From assembly GCA_002633005.1 (NCBI GenBank), contig NMRA01000214.1:518414-582413 (forward strand): a stretch of 64,000 nucleotides of DNA, given 5' to 3'. Numbering within the stretch: the stretch's first letter is position 1; each line of letters starts with the position of its first letter. The notes under the pieces were generated by a model that saw only the letters and a program-made list of their open reading frames with translations, did no database searches and was not told where the DNA came from. Below, piece after piece: positions 9,968 through 24,900 of the stretch. Both the position numbers and the translations under genes were made by a program. Origin of the DNA: Phoronis australis. Its lineage: Eukaryota; Animalia; Phoronida.

Positions 9968-12900
9968 CTAGAAGGGGAGGTAAGAAAGAGGGCGTGAGTG
10001 ATTGGTAGGCATGTCTACATGATCACTAACTAAGCAGGAATTTTTATGGATAATCGCATTAGGAACTCTGGCCATGTGGTGAACACATCCACTACCACAA
10101 GAAACTGTAGGAATACTGCATTTATCCACCTTCACTCTTATCAGGCTTCTATTGTGAGTCAGCATGCGTGAATAATTGGCTGATAAGCCACCTATGGAAC
10201 TACTTTTGGCTGAATGGATGACCAGGCCATAAAATGATAATTAGCCAAGACCAGTTACTAATGCAACAAAGAATAATGTCATAGCATCACCTAGCTTTGG
10301 TGGAAAGCTGTATAGTGTATTGGCTCTAATAAACGCTTTGAAAAATTCATTTCAAAGAGAGGGGACGATCATTGTAGCCTATGGCAGTTGAAACCCGGTT
10401 TCCCAAACGGGTAAAATCGGACGCTATTATTCATCAAATTTACGCTCTGTGACGTATTTGTAGCCTATAAAGTCTTTCTAAAAAATTGTGGTGCATTGCT
10501 ATCAACTACTGTTGTTAAATTACGATAATTTTTCAAAAAATTGTGCTCATCACAGGGCGAAAACTTACCGACTGATGCGTCGCTGAATCGCGATCGTGAA
10601 TAGGAAAACTTGGAACTCTTGAATAAAAATATAGTTTCGACTCAACAAATTACTTGAAATCTTCCTCATGTTTTACAATTTTTAAAGTTCATGTGGAGTC
10701 CAGATTAATTGCGATTAAGTCCAAATCTGTGCTACATCATACCCCACAACACGAGTAAAATCTCTGGATGAACACATGTGTTGTTGTCACGTGACGTTTG
10801 TTTTGAAGTTCGTCTGGGTATGAGAGTGAGTGAGCGTGCGTGTGCGGGTCATCGACGACAGACTTTTTTGTTACAAAAGGCGGAGAATTATGCAAGAAAA
10901 TGGCGTTTACTATATTGTTTTTCACTTAAACGGCTGCAACGTGCAAGGTGAGTGCTGGTTAACTCACAGATTTTGTGTGCACAGGTCGACAGTCGTTAGC
11001 TCTACCGTGGAGTATTATAGTCCAAGGCTCGATCTACATGTTGGGGACAAGGTGAACTACCCGGGCTGTGAAATTTCTGGGTCTAACGGAGACACTGACG
11101 CAGTGGTCAGCCAGCTCGCTGTATCAAGACTATAGTCAAAATCCAAATTCGTTTTATCGTATCCCTGTCAATAATATCGGCATGCTAAAGTTTCTTAATT
11201 TTGGTTCTTCAGGAACATAACAATCACGTGTTTTGTACATACGCGCACGCCGCAGATCACATCTCGGAAATTGCCGATTTGACGGATGACAATGAATGAG
11301 CACAATAAAATTAAACAACGTCGTTTTACAGCTTGTAAGATTCATAATAAACGTATTTTGAATATTGCAATGCATGTGTTCTAAAATCTAAATAACTTGG
11401 GTCCTATATTTTTGTATTCGTGCGCGCCGAATGAAAGTAATCGTGAGCCTCACGATTACTTTCATTCGAGTGTTGCTGTGTTGCAAAATCTCTTATCCTG
11501 GGCCGATTTGAAAAATTCAAAGTTGTACTCATATTTGTTTTTGCTCCTCTTCAAATATTACAGTAAAAACTACGTAAAACTCTCTCCATAAAAAGTACAG
11601 TCAGCTAGCTAGATTGTAATCAGCTGATCATATCCGCATGAACGAAGCCAATTATCCTCGATCGTGACTCGATGAATAGAGCAGCTTGGTGGCATCCCTT
11701 TGATCGTGAGCCGAGCGCAACTCAGCCAAGGTGGATAAATACGGTCTAGTTCAATTTTCCAAACCCCACCGTTTACCTTGACCATTGGGGTTAGGACCAA
11801 TCTTATTTAGTGGGATTGTTTATAGCATGGCTATTCAGAATGCATAGGGGGTAATAAAGCTACTATCTTCTCAGCCATTGACCATAAACTTTTTGTTAAG
11901 CTGTGTTTACTTACACAGGCAAACTGAGACAGTTGTATGACTAAGAGCAGGATTCACATAGAACTGTTCTCATGGACCTTGCATATCTAGTCAATTTTAA
12001 AAGACACATTGTATGTGAACGACACCCATGACAAGTGTAAGTCACCATGCTGACTAGTTACCCCTTCCATGCCCAAAATGCATGTTGAGATTTTCATGTG
12101 AAAGAGTTCTTTACTACGACTGAGACAAAACTGCAGAATAAAGCATTTTAGGTATAGCACACAAAAATCTCCGTTTAATCATTACATCTAATTATATCAT
12201 AAGATACAGACTAAATCAACCACTCACCCAGGCACGGAATAACAAACAATTCCACATGGGTAGTTTTTCCCTCTTACATACTCGGATACAGCTGGTACTG
12301 AGGGGTGATCAATACTTTTTGCTGAAAAATTAGGAAATAAAAACATAAAGGATCAAGTTGTGTGAAATCTGCAAATGGGACATGCTAACAGACAACTGGA
12401 GGGGCTCAGTACTGACACATTAGGCACCCAACTGTGAGGTCACAGGACAATATCTGGTCTTTTCTAACTTGTCCATGAAATCAATGCGTAGTCTTAAAAA
12501 GCTAGAACAAGGAGCAAGTCAAAAGGCATAAAATGGTCTGACGATATTAAAAGACAGTCACTACATTTTAATTGCCATGTGCATGCATATTGCTACAAAG
12601 CCTAGTAGACAGAAATTCAAAAGTCTGCACTTTACAAACAGAAGAGAAATGACTCGCACACGATGAGCATACGATATAGTTTTCAACTGAAAATAAACTC
12701 ATCAAACTCTAAATTTGACCAAATTTTGATGCGCAAAACTTGTGCTAAATATCCACAGTTCAATTCAGACTAGATCTTGACAAAGTCTCTCAAACTGTCG
12801 AAACTGTCATAACTTAGCAAGTCAAAAAAAGTAAAATAATGAAGTGCAATAACATCGCATTGAATTCTGACTAAATTTTCATAAATTTTACAATTTATTG

Positions 12901-15900
12901 CAACAACAAACTGCCAAATAATTCAGACAAGACGTTCGTCAAAGTTTGACAGAGTTCTGTCGAAGTCTGTCTAGTTTAATGTGAAAACTAATGCACTGTA
13001 ATAAGAAAAATTCTCCATACTACTCTATAACATTTTGAGATCATAAAAGCAAAAGCATCTTTGACCTCTGACCCGAACTGAAAATTCCGGTCAAGTTGAA
13101 ACGGAAAGCAATTTCTTTCTTTCAGGGACATTTGAGAGGTTGCACATTTTTGAGCGAATAGTTTGGATATCCCACTGCATAACAGTGGCAATTCAATGGC
13201 ATCAGGCAGTTGCAAGGAATTTAAATACAAAACCTAAGAAATATCCCAGGGCATTAAGTTGTTACACGGTTGAAGAATGCTTGCAGTTCCTATACTTGTT
13301 GACGTGTAGTAAATGTCTTCCAAAGCCACCTAAGATGTCGGCATGACATTCTTGTAAGATTTTGATCATCAAGGATTTTCAAAACACTGCTACAAAGTTT
13401 TATCGGGCCTAAATTGTCGCACTTAAAAATTTATTAAACAACACTGATCCTTGACAACGAAGGTAGCGCATTCCCTTAAACTGTAATTTTTGTATTACTG
13501 GTCGTAGATACATCTGTCACCCTTTCTTGTCTCTTGTCAATATTTGCCAAGTCAAAGAACAGTGACTGGCAACCAAATATCCTAGTATTTGAAGGTGATG
13601 GACTTAAGCTAACTTAATAGCTTTCCCAATTCCCATGTTGTTACTACAGAATTAAAGGACAATTTTTACTGACAAATTAAAAAGTACCATTTTCACCCGG
13701 TAAATCACTGGACAACAAAGTTTATTTCAACTTACCAATGGTTGCAATAAAGCCATCTCCTTTCACTCTATAACTCAAGTCCACAAAGTCCCGGCCAGAA
13801 ATGATGCCTTTGTGTGCACTATGAGTGCAGGTGCGGACTACAGATAGGTTCTGAAATTAACAGTGGACACGACATAAAATCGCAGATGGTTACTTGTATA
13901 TTATCTTTATATCTTGACGGGTGAGGGGGGTGTTCAAAAAATTATGAGTCGGAATCTAAAAAAGCTCTCATGCAGAAGTCAACTCTCCATGACAGAAGTT
14001 TGCCAGTGTTCCAGAAGCATCGGCCTTTTGTAGGTGTTAATGCCATAGGCATGACCCTTTTGTAGAGATTCTGAATTTCTAACTCTAGAAACCTCAAACA
14101 TAACACTGGTTTTCAAAAACGAGTTCATCTTTTACAAACAAAGTTTTAAAAAATAAAAATCATCAGAGACACTTCTGTAGATTGGCAGATGAAAAAAGAA
14201 CCTTTTGTTGAGTTCTCATGCCCAGAACTCCTCAGGTGAGATGTGTCTGCACTGTCATTTAAACTACAGCAAAATTGCACCTGGGAAGGGTTGTAATGAC
14301 TAAAGAAATTAGAAATTCCATGTGGGCTTTATCACAAAAATTAACTACAAATAACATCAAATTAAAAATAAGATGTGTATGAAATAAACGCACCAAATTC
14401 AGAAAAAAAAATAATGCAAAAATAAACAGTTTTCGTATTCAAAGGCTTTAAGTTGTGAATTCAGACACAGTCTTTGAAAAAAATGTAGAAAGATCTTTAA
14501 GGACCCGACGGAATTTGAGCATGAAGCATAATTGACACTTTCTTGGCTTTTATGAGAAAAAATGACAAAACAGAGCTTGTCCTAGACACTGTGTCCTCAA
14601 TAAACAAGATTGTAAAATAAGTAATATCCATAAAACAAGATTTATAGATCTTCCTGCGCGGATTTTAAGACTATGATAAAACAAAAATATTTGAGTTTAT
14701 CATATTTTAGCAACATAAAAAGTAAAAGGGCACAAGGCGTTCATGGTCCCTCTGGACCCTCCTCTGGGCCAGCACCAATTGAATATCTTGGATGGAGATT
14801 CCATCTCAAGTTTAATGTCTATTTTACAATCTGGTAAGTGCTGCGGCCTGTTGGAGGAATTTGCTTGACATGGGCTGCCATCTATTGTGCAAAGCCTGGT
14901 CTTAGCTACCTTGCACATCATGCAAGAACACAGGAAATGTAGCAGTATGGTTAAAACTTCAGACAAAGTTGATAGCTTACATTGCCACTGTTTCATTTTT
15001 CAACGTTTTAACAGGCTGCAGCTACTAGTGTTACCTTATATTGCAAGGTGATGGGTGTATCACGGCCATACACAATTTCATCACTCTAACATTTTCATTG
15101 AAGGAACTGTTTTTCATTTCACACGTGTTAAATTTCACAACATAATTATACTTTTCTGTCATCCTTTGTTCAAAAAACAAAGTTTTTTTATACTGTAATC
15201 AGAAATTCTTTAATAAATGCAGAAAAAAATTAAAAATCCAACAAATCGGGCAACTCCATCGAATCATTGATCTCAATCAACAGTTAAGAGTGGATGGGTA
15301 CTTACATCGCTAATTGTCTCCACATTTATAAGTGATTTGACAGCTTTGTCCCACTGACTTCTAGGCCCCGCAGGTACTGGGTCAGCGTATTCAAACACCT
15401 TCTCTGGGGCACCATCGACCATCCCCTCCGCTTTGTACCTGACCAAAATCAATCAGTCAACGAATCACTCAACCAACCAATCAAGCAACCAATAAAAACA
15501 ATCCTTGTGAGGAAATTTCAGTGGTATCTGATTTTAGTATGCACAAAAAGAATTGCCAAAAATGTCATTTTTTTCTAATTTTCGAAGGCTTGATTACTCA
15601 ATTGCGGCAAAAGGTGGAGATTTTACCGAAATGGCAACATTTTGATGAACCTTATTTTTGTTGAGAAATTTGAAAACGTTCACTCACCTAACAAATGATA
15701 CATGAACAGTTATCTTGATGTGAGATGTGATGAAAGACCGCTCACATACTAACAGACTTTCGATGTAGAACCCAAGCAAATGTCTTTTGGAAGCAACGAC
15801 AATGGCATGAATTATAAGTTGCATTTTCAAATTACACCCCACTCACCCTGATTACCTGAAGACAGTGCATTTTCAAATTACACCCCACTCACCCTGATCA

Positions 15901-18900
15901 CCTGAAGACAGTGCATTTAACCTTACTCTTTGTGTGTCCAATGCAATAAGCCTAACCTGGTGGAAATAATTACTGGCCCTCTACTTTATACCAAAGGGGC
16001 AGTTGAAATCCCCTTATCAATAGGGTAAGTTGTTGCCAGAATTCCTTTGATGTCCTAAGAGACCGCAGGGTAAAGCACCTCAGCTAGCCTAGTCTTGGTA
16101 TAGAAAGGTTTGTAAACACTATTCCAGCATGGCAATTTTAATGTACTCTGGGGTGCAACTCATCAGGAGTCACGGGGCCAGACATCCCACCAATAATTGT
16201 TGACTGCAGGCAAAACATTTGTGAAAATGGAAGGAAAACAGCAAAAGAATGTCCATGGACATCACAATGGATACACCCCATGAATATAGAGGGCACCACA
16301 TGTGGTAAATCACAGCCACACTTACTTGTAAGTTGTAAGCAAACACTAGTGTGAATTATCATAAAACATTCGGCCAGGTTATCTGATCTCCACATGTAAC
16401 CACACACGGTATTTTCAGGCAAACAATGAATGGCACAATTTTGTAATATTCATGAACATCAAAAGCAATGCCAAGCACGGTCATTTCTGACTTTGATAAC
16501 TTCTTAGTCTTCTATGTCAAACTCTTTTTTAGTAAACTTGCAAAATGTCATTAGTTACAAAGACCTGTAGAAAACAATTTTTTGCAACATTTACCTCATC
16601 ATTCATTCTGCAAATGAAGTTTGGGAAAAAAACAGAATCTAGAAAGTCACGAAGACATGGCACTAATTGACAACGTGTAAGTTACGCCCCGTCTTGTAAT
16701 TACACTAGGTTGTAAGATTTAATCCAAGACCTAAATGATGAACAGAAATTAACTTGCCCTTAGAAGTTAAAATGTCGCAACGCAACGTTGTTCACAGATA
16801 CGACCGCATTCGCTTCACAGTTCATGTTGTAGTGCACGTGACTTGCAATTGTATTTAGCCACAGCAATCCAAAAACTGCAGCTTTTAGGCAATATTAGAT
16901 TTTACTTCATGTTGACAGTACTCACATGTGTCCGTCAAAATCGTTTGAAGGTCTTGACCAAACCGTGACATCTTTCTGAAAATGGAATAATTGTATTCAG
17001 AGAATGATTAAAGAGACAAGCAGCTAAATTTTTATGGGATATGCCCCTGAAATGGATAATATGGTATGAATTTTGAACTTAAATGGTCAAAAGTTGTGGC
17101 TTATTTATTTACTGAACTCAGTGAACAATCAGAGTGGATTGGTATTCTGATATTGTATAAAAAGTCTCGACATTATGTAATTTTAGTAGACCAAACACGG
17201 AATATCAATTTAAAAGAAGACCCTCCAGCGCAGTAATTCAGTTGGTGAAAATAATACCCAAGATATCCCATAAAGTGCCCATGGGCATTTTTTGCATAAC
17301 AAAAAGCGACTGGTGATGTTAAGAAAAGTTTGATATTATTTAACACTCTTAACATTTGCAGTTAAAAGGATACCAGACCCAGTTTTGGCCCATGAACAGC
17401 TACTAAAAACGACGTTCCCATCCATTTCTCTGAAACAAAATAGTGTTCTGTAACCCTCGACTACCCTCAAAAGAGTGGAGCAAAATTTGTAAACTCTTTA
17501 CAGAGTCTCTCAACAGGCAAGGGTGACCTACGCTTTAGGGGAGTTACACAACAACAGTAGGGCAGACCATCCACCAAGAACCATAATGTCCAATTTGTGA
17601 CTCAGACAGTATGAATTTTACTTGATTTCTGCTTTAATCACCCATGTGGGACACCAGTGATGCATTAGCAGGTGGCAGAACCCAGGCCTTCATTGAAATG
17701 ACCAAAACCAGATTTAGTATCCCTAAAGCATAAACAGTAAAAGCTGTAATTTTAAAACAACCCCAAGACGTTCTTTCATTTTTGTCTAGTTCAGGTACCA
17801 AGGGTCTGGTAACCCTCGTCATGAGATTCTGAAATAAAAGTTACAGCTACCGGGTATGCGGTTTGCTTCATTTGGCTAGACAGATATCGTGAATTTTCTT
17901 CAGCTTGCGACCTCAGCAAGGCAAAAAGCCAATTGATTTTGTATTTCAAAGTGTTCCAAATACATTTCTTCATCAAGGACCGATACTAATAAGCAGAATA
18001 TGTAAGCATGGATATAACCAAAGGCAACTTGCTGTTTTGATGGCAAAGCAAAGCAATGGATTTTTGTCTTTGCGGTGTTAATTTGCATTGATTAACAATT
18101 TTCTATCTCATAAAACATATGTGTTCTGTCACGATCTTCTACACTCCAGGGACTGAAACCTGACATTAGTTAATTAGCAAATATAGAGTAACAGTGTATT
18201 GAAAGACAACATGTTCAATCAGATGGTATGAAAACTGGCTGCTCAGGAAACTGAAACACACCCCCCCCCCACCCCCCAGCTCCAAACACATTGTTCAGGA
18301 GGGGGGTGTGTCCCGATGATCCTATACCCTGGGCCTAACACATATTGCGGTGCCAAGTAAAACCGGGCTACAGAAACTCTGGAGAATAATTTGCTGTTGC
18401 TTTTGCGAGAATGGCATGAGGGAATACTGTCAAGAATGAGGATACAAAAGTTTCACAGAGCTAAGTATAGATACCAACCGCAGTTAGCTTTTGAAGTCAA
18501 AATGTTTCAACTACCTCAGAGGCCCAATAATTAGACAGTTAAACAAGATTCATTAGCTGATGGTTAAAACATTACAGGTAATTTGATTGCCAATGCGATG
18601 CCGACTAACAGCTGGTGACGGTTGTCGGTATATTTTTATTGTTAAAGTGCACCACAAAAATTAACTTATGATTCAGACCACTTATCTTTATGAAATCTGA
18701 GTCTCAAATTGTTCCTTATTCTTAATAGATGCAATTTCTGGGTCTGGAAAGACCTGACAAGCAGACTTTTAACGGCACGCCATTTCAATTTGCGAGCATG
18801 GTCTCAAGGAACACTGAGGGGACAGTGTGGCTCAGTGGTGGTTTGACCTCCGCACTCACGTTTGAGAGACCCCGGGTTCGAATCTTGGCTTTACTGGCTG

Positions 18901-21900
18901 ACAATTGAGCATTGCACAAAGGTGTCTCCTACTCCTCTGAGCTCGGTCTCAGTAGTGAATGTGTGCATGGGAGTGAATGTGTGCATGGGATTGAATGAGA
19001 ACCTGGATATAATGTGAGAGCGAGTTCTGGGGGCGTGCTCATATCTTTTTTTTAAAGGAACAAAGACCTGCCCATTATATCTTTTTTAAAGGAACAAAGA
19101 CCTGCCCATTCTTAGCAAGACCACAAATCACTTCTCAACTGAGTAAGGATTTTACAGTGGTAAGTGGTCAGAATAAAAAGCTAATTTCTTCAACGGAACA
19201 TAGAAACATGAATTTATAGCCAATATAATATTCATCTATGTTGCCTAGGGATGGTGCATGACTGGTGTTGCGGCTAAACCATGATATCCTTGCCTGTGAC
19301 TACTGAGGCTGTGGACTAGATACTCTCTGTGAGCTCAATTTGCAGAATGGAAAATCAGGCTTTTTACATTGCAGACAATAAGGAATATGGGCTTGCCAAA
19401 TTTACCTGGTGAGAAGTTATAAGTTCCAGCACAGCCACATTCCAATCAATTTTATAGGTATTGCTATTTCAAAGCTGTGGTCTCACTCAAAGATTCTTCA
19501 AAAACATAATTCGATCAGATGCCAAACCGTGGTATTTGTAAAAGATACTCTCAAACCCCAAGAAGCAACTAATTTTCACAAGAGTTGTAGATCTTCCACC
19601 ATGGTTGCGTGGTTGCATAATAGGACACAGTGTACATTGAAACCATTGAAGAACAGTGACCACATGATTACTGTGTTGCTTGTTCATGTATTTATAGCTG
19701 TGCCATCCCTGTCTAGACTCTTCTACTCCAACTAGAGTAAACAGCTGGAGGAGTCCAGGCACTAATTAAACAACTCATGCATAAATTAGATGCTAGGGTT
19801 TACACTGGGGACATATTTAAAAACTGTGGTGAATGTCGAAACTTAAAAACGGACATATTCATACAAAAGAGCAGGTGCAGCTATAAACCAGCCTTTTAGC
19901 TGTCACAAATTTTTTGATTAATAATGTTTGCCACAGTAATTGATCTTAAGTTTGTGTTTTTCAAATTAGGCATGATTTCTGGGCTAAGGTCTACAAGATG
20001 GTTTGTCACGGCGGTTCATTTCAGGTGTCGAGCACATCTCAAGAAATAACAAACTGCCAATTTTTTCCAGTTCCCACCTTGAAGGAAAAAGTTTAGATCA
20101 GTTTTGTATTTGTTGTCTGAATTAAAACCTACTGTAGAAGTTCTTTGATTAAGTGTGTGGGGGTTTAAGCTGGTTTTAATAACGGCAAAGGAAAGTGAGG
20201 TCTGTCAGGGCTAATATGCAATGATAATGTTACTGGAGATGATAATCATAAAAAGTCCAGTAGCCTAGAATTCACTTTAAACTTTTTACTTGGCAAAACA
20301 TCAACACCTGTGTTTGCCATGAACTTTTTCACAGATAGTTGTTGTTAAGTTGATCGCATATAACACCGTGACGAACTACAAGTTCATCATGGTATTACCG
20401 TCGGTAATACCCTCCCGAGGACGGCCAGCTGAGGACGGCCGCTAGATGAGACCCTGATTACCTATCATAGATGATACGCCAACCATTATGAAATTCAGTG
20501 CTACTTCACAGAGGTAAAAGCAACCATAAAAAGCAAATATTTGTCATGAAATGTTTTGAAAGGAGAAGCAGACTCATCATCAACCATTCTCCTGTTTTTG
20601 AATTGAGCACAGTAAAGTTCATTGTGGTAACTAACGTGGTACTGGTAAATCTTCAACAGTGTCATCGTGGTCACAGTTGTCATGAAAATGTAAATAAAAT
20701 GTTTGCACCGCTATGGAGGAAGGTTCTAGATTAAAACGTTATGTTTTGAATATACTTGCACTGATTACACTGCTGTTGAATTACAGCATGTGTCATACAT
20801 AGATAACCAAGAACAGTGCAGACAACTCAAAAACGATAACAGACCATATGTCAACTGCGGTTACATGCTCCAGGGGGAGACAATTAAGGACACAAAGAGG
20901 TTGACAATGNTTCACAAGCGAAGGAAAGTGAGGTCTGTCAGGGCAAATATGCATGACAATGATAATGTTACTGGAGATGATAATGATAAAAATTCCAGTA
21001 GCCTAGAATTCATTTTAAACTTTTTACTTGGCAAAACATCAACACCTGTGTTTGCTAAGAACTTTTTCACAGATAGTTGTTGTTGATCGCACATAACACT
21101 GTGATGAACAACAAGTTCATCATGGTATTACCGATCATAGATGATACGGCAACAATTATGAAATTCAGTGCTACTTCACAGAGCTAAAAGCAACCATAAA
21201 AAGCAAATATTTGTCATGAAATGTTTTGAAAGGAGAAGCAGACTCATCATCAACCATTCTCCTGTTTTTGAATTGAGCACAGTAAAGTTCATTGTGGTAA
21301 CTAACGTGGTACTGGTAAATCTTCAACAGTGTCATCGTGGTCACAGTTGTCATGAAAATGTAAATAAAATGTTTGCACCGCTATGGAGGAAGGTTCTAGA
21401 TTAAAACGTTATGTTTTGAATATACTTGCACTGATTACACTGCTGTTGAATTACAGCATGTGTCATACATAGATAACCAAGAACAGTGCAGACAACTCAA
21501 AAACGATAACAGACCATATGTCAACTGCGGTTACATGCTCCAGGGGGAGACAATTAAGGACACAAAGAGGTTGACAATGGGCTTGGATAACAACATACAG
21601 TGCTTGAACAAAGGAAGGAGTCTAACCTCCTGTCACAATCTATTCATGCTAATTATCCCTAGCATGCAGGGTGTGAAAACAATTCCATGGTGCACCACTA
21701 AATTCCAGGTAGGCAATCCTCTATTAACCACAGAGTCAGACCAGCAGACACTACTGTTGTTACATGGTAATTTTACCCCCACTTAGCACACTATGACCAA
21801 CAAGAGGGTAATTCTGTTTTCTTAAAATTTCCCCACAAAAGTAAATGTTGAGAACGATCACAAACGCGTTATGCAGACAGTGTAGATGCCACAAAACAAC

Positions 21901-24900
21901 ATATGTATACATAGGTATTAAGCAAATCAAAATTAGAAAACGATTGTTTTGGCAAATATTTTCTGCGTAACAAATGGATAATTATCATACAATGACTCCA
22001 GAACCATATCCTTAAAATCCAAATATGTCGTGCCAAAAATGTTCGATACATTGTGGCTCTAACTCCAGTGGCCGAGGACAAGTCCTGAGATGAGAAATCC
22101 TGTCCCCGGGAGTCAGGAGATTGGTCTTTGGAGTATGGAGCATTTGGGGACACGGATCTGGGAATTAGTATTGTCACGACGTGTCCCAGTGCTGGTCTGG
22201 GACTGGGGTAAGAATATCATAGGTAAAATTAAGAGGCGCACCCAATGAATCGTTTCTACAACCTGACATTACTCAGTTGTTTCACACACAATAACAACTA
22301 ACAGTTTTTCCATCTTTAAATGGGTGACAACACTCATAAAATGATAAATGTTTTACAAGATGTAGTTAGATTACAACTGCACAGTAGATGACGCACTCCG
22401 CCACTCAAATTTCACTGCATTCTTTGGGGGTATTAACATCACTCTGGTAAGGGATGGCACAAACAAGTCAAGTCCCTCCCATTGTGTTGTTCAGGCAGGT
22501 TCAACACAGTGATACAAAAAGGTTGGGACACGTTAGAAACAATGGTTGCAATTTGCCGTTTTTCTCTTCTCAGCATATACTATTTATCCGGTTTTGTAAG
22601 CAACAAGAAAGTTCAAATTTTGATGACGGATATAGTTTTTAGAGCTTGCAGTGTCTGAAATGGGCAGAGAAAGAATGTTGATGCAAACAGGCAGGTTATC
22701 AATGACACCTATCTCCGAACTGACTAATCCCCAAACAAAAGAATCCTGTCCTTTAACAGGCCAGGCTCTTGGTTAGTACCCTCCTAACTAGTAAAAAGAC
22801 TTCACAGTTGCCTAACAAGGGAAGGATTGCTGTTATTATATCAATTAAGGATGACTAGGTCCATAAATTTGATTAAGTAACTGCTCAATATTAGTCCAAC
22901 TGCAGTGCTCATAGGATACTATAGCGTCTCAGTTCATTAGATACTTTGGTAACACTACGCTAAAAGTTCTTCAGTTTGGGACACAGGTGAAATTTCATTT
23001 TGTCAAATTTCTCAACAAATATAATTTTCAGGAAATTTACTTTACTTTAAGCATGATTTTTTTTATTTTACATGCATTACCGAACAACATTTCGTGAAAT
23101 TTGTCTTCATTTTTTGGGTTGTAATCACATAAATGAGAAACTGGTTGCATGCCTAGTATATGCAGGCCACTCAGTAAGTGAAAACAAATAGTGTCATTAA
23201 ACGAGGGTTTGCCATTTACACATACAAGTTATGTTACACTATCGCAATTATGGAAACATGTCTTGGTTTACCTGCATTACACCCCACAATGCATTTCCCA
23301 ACCAGCAGGTATTGGGATTGCAAGCCTCCAGCCACACTGACTGGACTTTTAGTGACTGGCTTCTTTTGTTTGGGGTAATTTAGGGAACAGTGATGTGTGT
23401 CAGTGAGACTGCTTCATGTTGGTGGCAACATTCTTTTTCATACATTTTAGAAACTGCGCACTATAAAAACTAAATTCGTCATTGAAAATTGAACTCTTTC
23501 ATTGTTTGAACGGCAAAATTTGGTTAACTACAACAGAAGAAAAGAGACATAAAGCACATTGCAACTACTGTCAGTTAGTTTGTTGAGACCTCCCAACCTC
23601 TTGTGTAAACTGTCTTAGCAACATAAGGAAGCAACTTGACTTCTGTGCACCACACCTTATCAGAGGGATTTTAATACCCCCAAAGAATGCAGAGACATTT
23701 GAAGGGAAGAGGGTGGCACGCCCATTGTACCAGAGGAACAAGTAATGTGACTTAACAGTGTCTTTCTGGAGCACAATATCTGTAGCACACAACATTCTTA
23801 TTCATTGCCTACAGACATTTTCATAAAAATCACAAAAATTGTGACATTGATATGAGCTTGAGTCATGTGGGTAACAATACAATGTATGATAGATATTTGT
23901 TGATTCTTTGAAAGCAGAATAACACGAGAAAACTTAGCAAATTTTAGTTCAGATGGAACTTTTTAGTTTCCTCCAACTCCATAGAGTGAGCTTGTCTGCT
24001 GGCGCCATTTTTTTCAGTGTTGAATTGCTTCAGTTGCATCTTGGTTACGTCTCATTGAGAAATTGGCATGCAGGATTCCCATCATGTCATGGATTGTGTA
24101 GTACAGTGGGGGGTAATTGGAATGCAGGTGATAGTAACTCTCCACTAAAGAACTTGCAAACAAAGAGATTTCTGAAAGAGCCCCTGAATAGAGCACCAAT
24201 AGGAGCTGTTTTGGAAATAAGGTTTGAAAAAGCCACAACTGAGACTCTTTCGGGATTGTTTCTTATGTCCGGTGCCTGTGTACCATGGTGGAATTGATGT
24301 CAACATTTTAGTAATTTTTTATATATTAAATGATTGTGAACATATTTAGCTCCTGAACAAGAGCAGACTCCTGGCACAGTATCCAAAAACTGACGAAATT
24401 TCGAAGCAAAGGTGTTCCACTAATTTTCACATGATCAAGTGTTACATATATTGTGTTCGATTTTACTTTGGGTTCTCCCCATTGCTTCAACGAAACCAGA
24501 CGAATTTTGACAAAAATCACTCATCTTTTGTGAAACTATTGTAACACACCCAAAAATGAGAAAATAAAGACATGTAGTTTAATGGGGTCACTTTCTGAAC
24601 AGAAATACCAGGATATGACATATTTTTCCAAAAGTCAAACCAGGAGCAAATTCCATGACAACCCAATGACAGAGCCACAGTTGGCTTATAAAGATTGCGA
24701 TGACAAACATGGGTAAACCTCATCACAATGAAGACACTTTCTATAAAGTGGCTACATTGCCTGCATTCCAAAGACCATATAGAGAACTATTGATTTAAAC
24801 CAGTCTCAATTTGTTCCTTAATCAGAACAAAAGTGAGTTTTAAGTTTCCTAAATAACTGACAGTTTGTTATACCTTGAGACCATGCTCAGCACAAAAATG

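Noticed and set aside
18818-18895. Possible tRNA-Val gene
   Set aside because: A and B boxes are present, but the acceptor and anticodon stems do not pair well, no poly-T terminator follows directly, and the sequence continues into a SINE-like body.
20498-21786. Apparently duplicated small genes (78 aa, 60 aa, 98/108 aa ORF pairs)
   Set aside because: They result from the duplication around the N at 20910 and have no coding features.
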